From assembly GCA_963662585.1 (NCBI GenBank), contig OY759729.1:2560001-2624000 (forward strand): a DNA stretch of 64,000 bases, in the 5' to 3' direction. Made by a program: the position numbers and the translations under genes. This document shows positions 30,306 through 40,250 of this stretch, in pieces; positions within the stretch are counted from its first letter, which is position 1; each line of letters starts with the position of its first letter. Below the pieces are notes generated by a model that saw only the letters and a list, made by a program, of their open reading frames with translations, made no database searches and was not told where the DNA came from. The stretch is from Candidatus Cloacimonadales bacterium (lineage in GTDB: Bacteria; Cloacimonadota; Cloacimonadia; Cloacimonadales; JAFGVF01).

Positions 30306-31988
30306 ATGTTTCTTAAAAGAGTAGAGATAGATAAATTTAGGAACTTTCAGAATGCTGAAGTAGAGTTTAGTGAGAATAAATTCTCCAAGGTATATTCAAT
30401 TGCCTCTATAAATGGTGGGGGAAAGAGCACTTTACTTCAATTCATCTATATCATGCTGTCTTGTTTTAGAGAAAAAAAACTCCATAAATATATAATAAAT
30501 CTTCTAGAAACGGAAAATTATCCTTCTGATTATCAAAATAGAATAGCTCGTTTTGTGATAGCAGATGAGCAGGATATTGATTTAGAATATATGGTTCTAC
30601 CTGCCGAAAACGAACTTTTTAACAGTAATTTATTAGCTGAGTTAGAGAACTTAGAAGCTGATTTAAAGAAACATCATGAGGATTTACGACAATCTGCTGA
30701 ATTTATAAAATTCTATGAAACATTAAAAAAATCAGACTCTGTAACAAATGAACTAAGAAGTCTTGCTCTCAAATTTACTCCTATAGTTGTATTTCCTAAA
30801 AGCAAAGATTATGATGTCTATAATAGGGTAAAAGGCTCAGATAAATTGCTTGATTTCCAAGTGTTTGCCGAGTATATTAAGAATCGAGATAGCTATATTG
30901 TTGAGGACAAAACTCAAGCAATGACTAATAGAAAAAAAGAGTTAATAGAGGCTATGAAACTTCAAAAAGAGCAACTTAAAGCAGAAGGCTTTAATTATAT
31001 CACAACTTTTGCAGATAATAAACTCCTCTTGTTACTTAAATCAAATGTGGATAATGATGTCTTAGATAAAATTTCTCATGCAGTATATCTTAATGGACCA
31101 GATACTCAGATCTATCTTTTTATGTCAAAAGAAGATAAACAAACTCTACTTAACAATACCAGCACTACTCACTACTTTGATTATGATAAATTTGGTAATG
31201 AAATCTATGTTGCTAATAACTATAACGATAGAATCAGGAAAGTAAAGAGAGATTTAAAAAACTATAATACCTATGATTTTGTTTCTAAAAAAATTATAAT
31301 TAAAGCTTGCAAAAAAGCCTTTGAAGAAGATAATAAGGAGAAGCTAAGAACTAACCAGTTCGGTTGTCATTATGACGATTTTATTAAAGACTTAAATACC
31401 TTCTTTGATGATAAAAGAATTGAAATTACTGATGAAATGAGCGATGTTAAATTCTATCTCTCTTCAGAAGAAAAAGAGTTGAGTCCAGAAGATTTAAGTC
31501 ATGGAGAACTCAAGAGATTAAGTATCTTTATCTGGCTGAAATATCTGATTGAAAAAGGTGCTATTATTCTGATGGATGAAATAGATATTGCCCTTCACCC
31601 TAAATGGCTCTATCGTATATCCAAGGATTTAGATAGATGGGCTAATCGTAATCAAGTAATACTCGCTACTCATTCTCCACAGATAGTAAGTGCTACCTAT
31701 TATAAGAATATTATTAAGTTAGAAAATGAGAATTCTGTGGTGAAAGTTAAGAAATACATTAAACCTCCTGTAGATAGAGATATTAACGCTATCGTAAGAA
31801 CAATTATGGATGCCCCTGATTTTCCACTAGAACTTTTAGAATTACACAAAAAATACAGAAAACTAGTTGATGAAGGCCAAGCTAATACTCCTGCAGCTAA
31901 AGAATTACGAGAAGAGATTCTGGAACATGAGAGTGAAAACTCAGCCTTTTTCCAAGATATAGACTTTGATTTGGAACTTATGGAATGA
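30306..31988 (+). CDS. AAA/ABC-type ATPase, Septu PtuA-like
   Basis: FRNF, SINGGGKST, LSHGE, ILMDEIDIALHP.W, ATHSP; overlaps the HNH gene (ATGA). Confidence 0.85.
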   Translation: MFLKRVEIDKFRNFQNAEVEFSENKFSKVYSIASINGGGKSTLLQFIYIMLSCFREKKLHKYIINLLETENYPSDYQNRIARFVIADEQDIDLEYMVLPAENELFNSNLLAELENLEADLKKHHEDLRQSAEFIKFYETLKKSDSVTNELRSLALKFTPIVVFPKSKDYDVYNRVKGSDKLLDFQVFAEYIKNRDSYIVEDKTQAMTNRKKELIEAMKLQKEQLKAEGFNYITTFADNKLLLLLKSNVDNDVLDKISHAVYLNGPDTQIYLFMSKEDKQTLLNNTSTTHYFDYDKFGNEIYVANNYNDRIRKVKRDLKNYNTYDFVSKKIIIKACKKAFEEDNKEKLRTNQFGCHYDDFIKDLNTFFDDKRIEITDEMSDVKFYLSSEEKELSPEDLSHGELKRLSIFIWLKYLIEKGAIILMDEIDIALHPKWLYRISKDLDRWANRNQVILATHSPQIVSATYYKNIIKLENENSVVKVKKYIKPPVDRDINAIVRTIMDAPDFPLELLELHKKYRKLVDEGQANTPAAKELREEILEHESENSAFFQDIDFDLELME

Positions 31989-32629
31989 AGTTTGTAAGAA
32001 AAACGAAAGCCCCTAGATTCTTTAAACTTGATACTCAGCACTTAAAAGACTGGGGGAAATATAAATCAAAAAAGAAGAGAGACCTAAAGCTTCATATTTT
32101 AAGGAATGAACAATATTACCTCTGTATTTATTGCGAAGGAAAAGTCAATATGAAGGATTCGCATATTGAGCACCTCCGACCTAAAGATATTCATAAGTAT
32201 CCTGGCAAACTTTTTGATTATCATAATCTTACTGTTTCTTGCAATGGCGATTGCCAAGACATGTGTTTAGATGATCAGCCCCATACTTGCGGACATATCA
32301 AAGCTAATCTCTATGATGAGAACCTATTCCTTAATCCTACAGAATTAGAAGATATCGAAGATTACTTTGTCTATGATAGTGATGATGGCAGAATACTCCC
32401 CTCGCAAAAAGCTCCAGAAAAAGCTATGTATATGATTTATACAGTTCTTAAACTTAATGACCCTCAACTCTGCTTAGCTCGTAAGATTGCTTTAAAAACT
32501 TTGCAGAGTAAAGTTGCTTCATATCCCAAGGAAAAGAGAAAAAATATCTTAAGTTTATTACTCAGAAAACAGAATATTGCTTTTATTAGTTTTCTGAGAT
32601 ATAGATATCGAAGTTTACTTCAGAGTTAA
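31985..32629 (+). CDS. HNH endonuclease, Septu PtuB/TIGR02646-like
   Basis: EQYYLCIYCE, HIEHLRPK, FDYHNLTVSC, HTCGHIK. Confidence 0.88.
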   Translation: MKFVRKTKAPRFFKLDTQHLKDWGKYKSKKKRDLKLHILRNEQYYLCIYCEGKVNMKDSHIEHLRPKDIHKYPGKLFDYHNLTVSCNGDCQDMCLDDQPHTCGHIKANLYDENLFLNPTELEDIEDYFVYDSDDGRILPSQKAPEKAMYMIYTVLKLNDPQLCLARKIALKTLQSKVASYPKEKRKNILSLLLRKQNIAFISFLRYRYRSLLQS

Positions 32630-32654
32630 AAGTTCTTTCAAATGAATTAGCTCG

Positions 32655-32777
32655 AATTACTCTGTGCTTGAATCGTGGATTTGTTTAACTGTTTAATCCT
32701 ATGTTGGAAACCCTCTTCTGTCGGACGGTGGGCAACTTGTCCGCCTCATTCTACTAACAATGACAATCTTAAATCCC
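32655..32777 (+). repeat. 123 bp direct repeat, copy 1
   Basis: Near-identical to 35288-35410. Confidence 0.93.
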
Positions 32778-32988
32778 GACCTGTGGAGTATAGCTTTATA
32801 CTTTGCTAAGGCTATTCCGAATGTATTAGCGATGCCTCAAGGGATGACATAGAATAGCCTGAGATAAAATCCCGCAAGGATGGCTAGCTTGGAAAAGTGA
32901 TTTCTATAAAAAAAAATAATTGCTCAAACATTAAATGACATTATTATATATATTTGAGTACTATTAAATAAAAAGTGAGGAGTATATT

Positions 32989-35265
32989 ATGAAACGGGTT
33001 CTGTTGCTAATGGCTTTGTTAACTTTTCTTATAACTAATTTATGTGCAAATGTAGGTGATTCTAGAAAACCCATATCTCTCAGAGATATTAGTAAAAGAC
33101 AATTAATTCCAAATAGTAGGTTCACTCCTGCATATACTTTTGCTATCGAACCTGTCTCCATAGTTGATAACTACTATGATTATTTCCCAGGTTCATATTC
33201 TGGAAATCCAGTTCAAAGGGTTCAAACTGATAATTTAGATGGAAACTTTTTAACTTTCCATTTTCAAGGCACTGCATCCTCAGAGAGAAAGATTTATCAT
33301 GCCTATGTTGATAACACGGGCTCTGTTAGTTATGATGGTATTTTTGGCGCTTCAAATGGTAGGGAAGGGTATCCCGCCCTAACTATGTCTGGAGGAGGAA
33401 AGCCACTTGTAGCTTATCATGTTGATATTGATGATGATGAATCCCTTGAAGTTGTTTTTCGTCATAATGCAATGCTGGATAACAATTTGTATTTTCATTC
33501 AGAACCCTTGAATATTATTGATAATCCAGTTGAGATTATGGTTGATGGTGAAGCTATTTCAACAAATGAGTTTATCTGGCCTTCAATCCAGATTGGTGAT
33601 TCTCCAATTAACAGTTTAAAAAGAGTTTATATTCTAGCGAAAAACGCTATAACTAATGGCAGTGGTTTTTCTGAAAATGTAATTATTTATTTTAATGATT
33701 TTAATGAAGAAGATCTTGAATCTCAAGATTGGACTAGCTCAAGTTGGTCATCAACTACTATTCCGCAATTAGATGCTTGGAATGTTTCTAACGGTGATTT
33801 GAGAAGAGCCTATATGTCTTTCATAGCTCATGAAGATAAAATCTATTATATTGGCTATCATACAGCTTATTCCGGCTCTAGTACTAATGCAATACCTCTG
33901 GAGGAAGGTAAGTTGACAGCATTTGTTTGTGATAACTATGGTGCTGGAGTATGGACTCAACACTCAACTTTCGGGGAGTTTGCCTCTATCAATCCACCCT
34001 ATATTGATCCCTATACAGGTGATGAATTAGTTCCTGCTCAGTACTATTTTAATGACAATATAACTGATGAGATGCTAAGCAACAGCATGGGGCAATCCAA
34101 GAACTTTAACGCTGGGGTAGATAATGAAGGAAGAATTCACTTCCCGGCTTTCTATACTTTAAATGTTGATGACGGCTCTTACTTCCATGATTTTCACACT
34201 GTTAAGAATATCACTTTTGATACTAATACCCTAGAATGGAATCTTGCTGAAGTTTACCCACAACAAAGAAATGGGACCGAGCCATTTATACCAAATGACC
34301 CTATAGATATTACCCAATATGATAGTATGGAAAAATATCCACATGACGCTCTTTGGCAATGGTGGGATCAAGACGGTGATGGACTCTATGACGAAATTCT
34401 TGATGATGGAACTTGGGATGGTGTCGATGATAGCATAACTGAGGATTTGACTGAATATTGGGGACGCCCAATTGTGTCTACAATTTGGCCCTACATGTAT
34501 TGGGATATAAACGCTGCTGATGGTGCTATGATGCATCATTTGCATACTGCTCAAATCACTGATGCTAATGATGAAGGTATGATGGCTATGGTTTGGCAAG
34601 AAACCTGGGGATCGGCTTTGTTCAAAAATTTAGACTCATATCCTCAAAACAAAGAGTGGGAATATATGTGCGGACTTGTCATTTCGGTATCTAATGATAA
34701 TGGCAGACACTGGTCTGAACCTATTTTCTTAAATGGGGTCGATACAGCTGAAATGGCAGAGGAAATACCTGAATTCCCATATCTTGGTAACGAAATTGAT
34801 TATGTTGGATTAGATGAAGATGGCAACAAGATCGGGCGTATCTATGTTATGTATCTTGATGATGATACTTATGGCTCATCTGTGCAAAGTATCGGTCAAT
34901 CTACTGGAGGTAGCATGAAATTCATGGCTCTTGATGTAACATTTACAGATGCACCTACAAGTAGTTCGGACAATGATGTTGTTCCTAATATGTCCATGCT
35001 AAAGCAAAATTACCCTAACCCTTTCAATCCTACTACTAGGATTAACTATAATGTTGTAAAATCAGGGAATGTGAAGCTTAATGTTTATAATGTAAAAGGT
35101 CAATTAGTAAAAACTCTTGTAAATTCAACCAAAAGTGCAGGTTTAAACGAAGTTGTATGGAATGGTGATGATAATGCTGGTAAAAAAGTTTCTTCTGGTC
35201 TTTATCTCTATAAGTTGGAAAATGGAGGAAGAAGTGAAATGAAGAAAATGGTAATTATGAAATGA
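32989..35265 (+). CDS. secreted acidic protein with FlgD-like/T9SS-type C-terminal domain
   Basis: Signal peptide, DQDGDG loop, Asp-box SNDNGRHW, QNYPNPFNP...KKMVIMK. Confidence 0.88.
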   Translation: MKRVLLLMALLTFLITNLCANVGDSRKPISLRDISKRQLIPNSRFTPAYTFAIEPVSIVDNYYDYFPGSYSGNPVQRVQTDNLDGNFLTFHFQGTASSERKIYHAYVDNTGSVSYDGIFGASNGREGYPALTMSGGGKPLVAYHVDIDDDESLEVVFRHNAMLDNNLYFHSEPLNIIDNPVEIMVDGEAISTNEFIWPSIQIGDSPINSLKRVYILAKNAITNGSGFSENVIIYFNDFNEEDLESQDWTSSSWSSTTIPQLDAWNVSNGDLRRAYMSFIAHEDKIYYIGYHTAYSGSSTNAIPLEEGKLTAFVCDNYGAGVWTQHSTFGEFASINPPYIDPYTGDELVPAQYYFNDNITDEMLSNSMGQSKNFNAGVDNEGRIHFPAFYTLNVDDGSYFHDFHTVKNITFDTNTLEWNLAEVYPQQRNGTEPFIPNDPIDITQYDSMEKYPHDALWQWWDQDGDGLYDEILDDGTWDGVDDSITEDLTEYWGRPIVSTIWPYMYWDINAADGAMMHHLHTAQITDANDEGMMAMVWQETWGSALFKNLDSYPQNKEWEYMCGLVISVSNDNGRHWSEPIFLNGVDTAEMAEEIPEFPYLGNEIDYVGLDEDGNKIGRIYVMYLDDDTYGSSVQSIGQSTGGSMKFMALDVTFTDAPTSSSDNDVVPNMSMLKQNYPNPFNPTTRINYNVVKSGNVKLNVYNVKGQLVKTLVNSTKSAGLNEVVWNGDDNAGKKVSSGLYLYKLENGGRSEMKKMVIMK

Positions 35266-35287
35266 ATTGAGAAAGACCCTTCAAACA

Positions 35288-35410
35288 AATTACTCTGTGC
35301 TTGAATCGTGGATTTGTTTAACTGTTTAATCCTATGTTGAATAGCATTTTCTGTCGGACGGTGGGCAACTTATTCGCCTCATTCTACTAGCAATGACAAT
35401 CTTAAGTCCC
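35288..35410 (+). repeat. 123 bp direct repeat, copy 2
   Basis: Near-identical to 32655-32777. Confidence 0.93.
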
Positions 35411-35643
35411 ATTCAGGGAAAATATCTAAAAAGGATTCAGTAGGATAGCCTTGGGTAAAATCCTGACTTGTGAGGGCCTAGCTTTTAAGCGAAGACTCAA
35501 GTGATGCAAGTCCGAGAAGAAAATGCCAAGAATAAATTCCCTTGACTGGTTAGCGGAGAAGGAATAAAAATAATAATTTAATTTGACAGTAATGTTAAAA
35601 TATATTATTATAACTAAAATGAAGAAAATCTACGGAGGAATAT

Positions 35644-36054
35644 ATGAAAGTAGAATCCTTTGACAAAGTTAAATTGGAAGATGTGAATGTAGAAGGTGCT
35701 GTTGGAACTAAAATTAGATGGTTAATCTCTCAGAAAGATGATGCTCCAAACTTCGCTTTAAGAATGTTTGAAGTTCAACCTGGGGGTATGACTCCTTTTC
35801 ATAGTCATGCTTGGGAACATGAAGTATTTGTTCTTGAGGGTGAAGGCGAATTAGTCCTTGCTGGTGAGAAGAAGCCTTTTAAGAGGTATGATGTTATATA
35901 TGTAGATCCAGAAATATATCATCAATTCAAAAATACTGGGGAAACAGTAATGAAATTCCTTTGTATTGTTCCACATGAAGATGCTCCAAAAAAGAAGAAG
36001 AAAGATGAAAGCACTGGCAATCCCTTTGCTGCTGGAACTGCCAATAATTGTTAA
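35644..36054 (+). CDS. cupin domain protein
   Basis: PFHSHAWEHEVFVLEG...HQF.N. Confidence 0.92.
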   Translation: MKVESFDKVKLEDVNVEGAVGTKIRWLISQKDDAPNFALRMFEVQPGGMTPFHSHAWEHEVFVLEGEGELVLAGEKKPFKRYDVIYVDPEIYHQFKNTGETVMKFLCIVPHEDAPKKKKKDESTGNPFAAGTANNC

Positions 36055-36132
36055 GCAGACTGTTAAAAAAACTTTGTAAGGATTTCTTTTAAAAAAAAAG
36101 AGATCAAGATTTAAGATGTAAATGGAGAAATA

Positions 36133-37206
36133 ATGAATAAAAAATTAAAAGAATTTTATAAAGAGTTAGTTACTGCTCAAGGTCCTTCAGGTTTTGAGTA
36201 TGCTGCTCAGAAAGCATATTATGATTTTGTAAAAGATTACTCTGATCAAGTTGAAGCAGATATTAATGGTAATGTTGTTGCAACTACTAAAGGAAAATCA
36301 GACTTTTCCGTTATGATTGCTGGTCATGGCGATGAAATAGGTTTTATGGTAAACCATATTGATGCTGAAGGTTTTGTATATGTTAGAGTATTAGGTGGAC
36401 TTGATGTTACCCTTTTACCTGGCTTAAGAATCAGTATTGTTCACGAAGGTGAGATAGTGAGAGCTATCTTTGGTAAAAAAGCAGCCCACATGGTTAATAA
36501 AGGTGATAAAGCACCTGATAAAATAGAAGAACTTTGGCTGGATATTGGAGCTAAAAATAAAGAAGAAGCTGAAAAAAGAGTCGCTATTGGAGATTTCGGT
36601 ACATTTACTCCTAGTTATGAAGAACTTACAGACGATATCGTAGTTAGTAAAGCTGCTGATAACAAAACAGGTGTTTTCGTTGCTGGCTTAGTTCAGTACT
36701 ATCTTTCTAAAGAGAAAGAGCAAATTCTTGCTACAGTTCATAGTGTCTCAACTGTTTGTGAAGAATCTAACGGTAAGGGGGCTTACACAATGGCTGATAC
36801 TTTAAAACCAACTATTGGTATAGCTGTTGATGTAACTTTCGCTTCTGACCACCCAGGTGTGGATAAAAGAGTTTATGGTGATGTTAAAGTTGGAGGTGGT
36901 CCCGTTATTGCAATGGGTTCATCTTTAAATCCTAAAGTATGGAAATTGCTTATCGAAACAGCTAAAGAGAAGAAGATACCTTATCAAGTAACTGTTGATC
37001 CTAACAGAACTGGTACAGATGCAGATTCTTTCTTCAAACTAAATGGGGGTATAGCTACTTCTGTTATTAGTATTCCTAACAGATATATGCACTCACCAAA
37101 TGAAGTTGTTTCTCTTAAAGATTTAGAAAATACTGCTAAATTAATTTTTGAATTTGTGAAAAAGATAGAAGCGGATATTGATTTATATCCTTTCCATCTT
37201 AACTAA
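36133..37206 (+). CDS. M42 family metallo-aminopeptidase
   Basis: GPSGFE, AGHGDEIG, KAADN, EE, AVDVT, GTDAD, RYMHSPNE. Confidence 0.93.
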   Translation: MNKKLKEFYKELVTAQGPSGFEYAAQKAYYDFVKDYSDQVEADINGNVVATTKGKSDFSVMIAGHGDEIGFMVNHIDAEGFVYVRVLGGLDVTLLPGLRISIVHEGEIVRAIFGKKAAHMVNKGDKAPDKIEELWLDIGAKNKEEAEKRVAIGDFGTFTPSYEELTDDIVVSKAADNKTGVFVAGLVQYYLSKEKEQILATVHSVSTVCEESNGKGAYTMADTLKPTIGIAVDVTFASDHPGVDKRVYGDVKVGGGPVIAMGSSLNPKVWKLLIETAKEKKIPYQVTVDPNRTGTDADSFFKLNGGIATSVISIPNRYMHSPNEVVSLKDLENTAKLIFEFVKKIEADIDLYPFHLN

Positions 37207-37227
37207 ATCAAGTACGATACAGTAAAA

Positions 37228-37266
37228 GACCCTCATATATGCCAATGTGAGGGTCGTTTTTTTTTT
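37228..37266 (+). terminator. intrinsic terminator
   Basis: GACCCTCATAT/ATGTGAGGGTC stem plus T run. Confidence 0.8.
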
Positions 37267-37381
37267 CCACTTATGCCACTAAATAGCTTTCTTTTATGCC
37301 TAATTCAAAAAAACATTGACATATTTTTATCATACTTGATAATTAATTTTAATCTAAAAATAATAAACAAGGAAACTATGA

Positions 37382-38143
37382 ATGATCGAAGTTAAGAATT
37401 TATCTAAACAATTCATCCAAAAGGATGGAGATTTATTTACTGCGGTAGATAATGTTTCTTTCCGTGTTGATAAGGGTGAAATTGTCTGTTTACTTGGAGT
37501 GAATGGAGCTGGAAAAACAACTACTATGCGAATTCTCTCAACCGTGTTTGAACCTACTTCGGGTACAGCTGAGATTGAAGGCTATGACATAGTTAGCCAA
37601 GGACATGATGTTCGCCGTAATCTTGGATTCCTATCAGGAGACACAGGATTATATACTAGATTAAAAGTTAGAGAGTTCCTAAGGTATTTTGGTGATCTTT
37701 ATGGTTTAGAGCGTAGAGTTACAGATGCTAGAATCGAAGAGATGGCTGATATGTTGGATATGCGAGAGTTTTTGGATAAAAAGATAGATTTCCTCTCCAC
37801 TGGTATGCGTCAAAAGGTATCAATTGTAAGATCAATAATCCATAACCCTCCTGTAATGATTTTAGATGAACCCACTTCTGGCTTAGATATCTTAACAGCG
37901 AGAAACATTGTTTCTTTCATCAAAAGATCTAAAGAAGAGGGTAAAAGTGTACTTTTCTCTACTCATATCATGAGAGAAGCTGAAAGGTTAGCAGATAGAA
38001 TAGTGTTGATTCATCAGGGTAGAATTCTGACTCAAGGTACTCTTGACGCTTTAAGGGAAGAAACCCAACTATCTGATTTAGATGATATATTCGTATATTT
38101 TGTAAATAAAATGACAGACGAAGAGGTTGCAGAAAATGAATAA
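37382..38143 (+). CDS. ABC transporter ATP-binding protein (NatA-like)
   Basis: GVNGAGKTT, LSTGMRQK, ILDEPTSGLD, FSTH. Confidence 0.93.
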   Translation: MIEVKNLSKQFIQKDGDLFTAVDNVSFRVDKGEIVCLLGVNGAGKTTTMRILSTVFEPTSGTAEIEGYDIVSQGHDVRRNLGFLSGDTGLYTRLKVREFLRYFGDLYGLERRVTDARIEEMADMLDMREFLDKKIDFLSTGMRQKVSIVRSIIHNPPVMILDEPTSGLDILTARNIVSFIKRSKEEGKSVLFSTHIMREAERLADRIVLIHQGRILTQGTLDALREETQLSDLDDIFVYFVNKMTDEEVAENE

Positions 38144-40250
38144 TAAAAAAGTAAGAAAGATATTTTTTAAAGAGTTGTTAGAAGTCTATCGTGATAAAAG
38201 AACCCTTTTTTCAACAATCTTGTTGCCTCTAATTCTTTATCCTGTTATTTTTATCGGAGTCTCATCTTTAATGACCCGTCAGAATCAGAAAATGGAAGAA
38301 GAGACTAAAGTTATTGCTTTAGAGAATTTTGATAATTATGCTGATTATGACAATGAAGAATTAGATTTCGTTGTGGAAAATATTCAACAAAAACTAACTT
38401 CAGATGATAAGATAAAAATCTTTAATGGTGAAAGTGAAATAGATACTCTACTCAAAGAGGGAGTTATTCATACAATTGTTAGATTAGATTCAATTTCATT
38501 TAAAGAACCTCAAACATACTATTTTGAATATAAATATGATGGTTCAAGCGATAAAAGCAGTTTGGCTTTAGATAAAGTTAAATCCATAATTAGTGATTTT
38601 GAAAAGGACTTAATTCGAGTTCGCTTGAGTAAGATTACTGACTTAGCTGAAGATGATGCCTATCTAAATCCTCTTTCTCAAGAAGCTAAATTAACCAATG
38701 TAGCATCTTCTCAACAGATGCTAGGTATGGTTGTTGGCAGATTACTTCCTTATCTTCTAATTATGCTTTTGATTAGTGGAGGAGCTGTCGTAGCGACAGA
38801 TCTAGTCGCAGGAGAGAAAGAAAGAAAAACTTTGGAGACTCTCTTAGTCTCTTCAGTCTCTCGTAATGAAATAGTCATGGGTAAATTCTTCACTATTGTT
38901 ACTGCAAGTTTGGTGAATGTTGTCATAAATATGATATCTATGTATTTCTCTTTCAAACTGATGGTAGGACAGTCAGGATCTTCTATGGTTGGGGCTAACA
39001 TTCCTTTATCATCATTTGTTTGGGTCTTGCTCTCATTACTTCCTTTAGTGTGTCTAGTTAGTGCTCTATTATTGATAATCTCTACTTATTCTAGAAATAT
39101 GAAAGAAGCAAGATCTTATGAAAGCCCTTTAATTATGGTCGCTATGATGTTAGCTATGGTTTCAATGTTCCCGGGTTTTGAGATGAATAAAGGTCTAGCC
39201 TTGGTTCCTATTGTGAATATATCCCTATTGTTTAAAGAAATTATGCTTTCCGGAGTAAATTTAGTTCATTTCGGCTATACTGTAGGCTCAACTATCATTT
39301 TGAGTGTTATTGCGATAATTATGACTATTAAAGTTTTTGCCTCAGAGAAAGTACTTTTTAGAACTCAAACAGAAACTTCTTTCGCTGGTTTAAAAAAGAA
39401 TAAAGCACAACTTTTAACTCCTGCAATAGGGCTTGTCTTCTATATGGTTATGATTGGTTTACTCTATTATATCGGCTTTGCTTGGCAAGGAAAAGCTTTT
39501 GTAAATGGCTCAGTTGATCAAGAAATATTAATGCGAGAGGTCTTAAGAACACAGATAATTATTATCGGTTTACCTGTAATGATTTTTGTAAATCTTCTCT
39601 TTAGGAAAGGAAAGAATAGTGGGGATAAAAAAGAAGCAAGAAAAGAAATGAAAAACTTCTTAAGATATAAATCATTTAAGTTAAGTAATTTAGTCTTAGT
39701 TCCCTTACTCGCAGTACCTGCAATAGTAATCTCCTCATGGCTTACTAAGATAGTTAATTATTTCTATCCTATTCCTGAAGATTACTTTGCCGGAATGATG
39801 GAACTAATGACTGGTAAAGAACTACCTCTTATGGTGATTATCGGTGTGATAGCTGTTGCTCCTGCTATTTTTGAAGAACTACTATTCAGGGGCCTATTAC
39901 CTCGCTTCTTCGAAAAGAAAGGTGTCTGGTCTGCTATAATCATAACTGGTATTCTCTTTGCTATCTTCCATTTAGATTTCTATAAGCTTTTACCAATCAC
40001 TTTCTTAGGCTGTTGGTTGGGATATTTACTATTTGTAAGTAAAAGTATCTATATCCCAATGTTAGCCCATTTCATGAATAATTTCTTGGCAGTAATGCTT
40101 GGTCAAGAATTTATCCCAACTAAATATGCTAGCCTTGTAGAGGGAAATGACTTAACTTCGATATTAATATTAACAGGCTCAGTGGCCATCTTTATCATAA
40201 TAAATTTAGTAATATACAAAACAAATAAAGGTTTCGAGGAGATTAAATAA
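38136..40250 (+). CDS. ABC permease (NatB-like) fused to a CPBP/Abi intramembrane metalloprotease
   Basis: RDKRTL, AGEKERKTLETLL; C-terminal FEELLFRG, FAIFH, AHFMNN. Confidence 0.9.
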   Translation: MNNKKVRKIFFKELLEVYRDKRTLFSTILLPLILYPVIFIGVSSLMTRQNQKMEEETKVIALENFDNYADYDNEELDFVVENIQQKLTSDDKIKIFNGESEIDTLLKEGVIHTIVRLDSISFKEPQTYYFEYKYDGSSDKSSLALDKVKSIISDFEKDLIRVRLSKITDLAEDDAYLNPLSQEAKLTNVASSQQMLGMVVGRLLPYLLIMLLISGGAVVATDLVAGEKERKTLETLLVSSVSRNEIVMGKFFTIVTASLVNVVINMISMYFSFKLMVGQSGSSMVGANIPLSSFVWVLLSLLPLVCLVSALLLIISTYSRNMKEARSYESPLIMVAMMLAMVSMFPGFEMNKGLALVPIVNISLLFKEIMLSGVNLVHFGYTVGSTIILSVIAIIMTIKVFASEKVLFRTQTETSFAGLKKNKAQLLTPAIGLVFYMVMIGLLYYIGFAWQGKAFVNGSVDQEILMREVLRTQIIIIGLPVMIFVNLLFRKGKNSGDKKEARKEMKNFLRYKSFKLSNLVLVPLLAVPAIVISSWLTKIVNYFYPIPEDYFAGMMELMTGKELPLMVIIGVIAVAPAIFEELLFRGLLPRFFEKKGVWSAIIITGILFAIFHLDFYKLLPITFLGCWLGYLLFVSKSIYIPMLAHFMNNFLAVMLGQEFIPTKYASLVEGNDLTSILILTGSVAIFIIINLVIYKTNKGFEEIK

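Noticed and set aside
30000..32700. Complete retron
   Set aside because: No reverse transcriptase gene and no recognisable msr-msd inverted repeats.
40150..40250. glmS ribozyme
   Set aside because: No intergenic space; the upstream gene overlaps the start codon.
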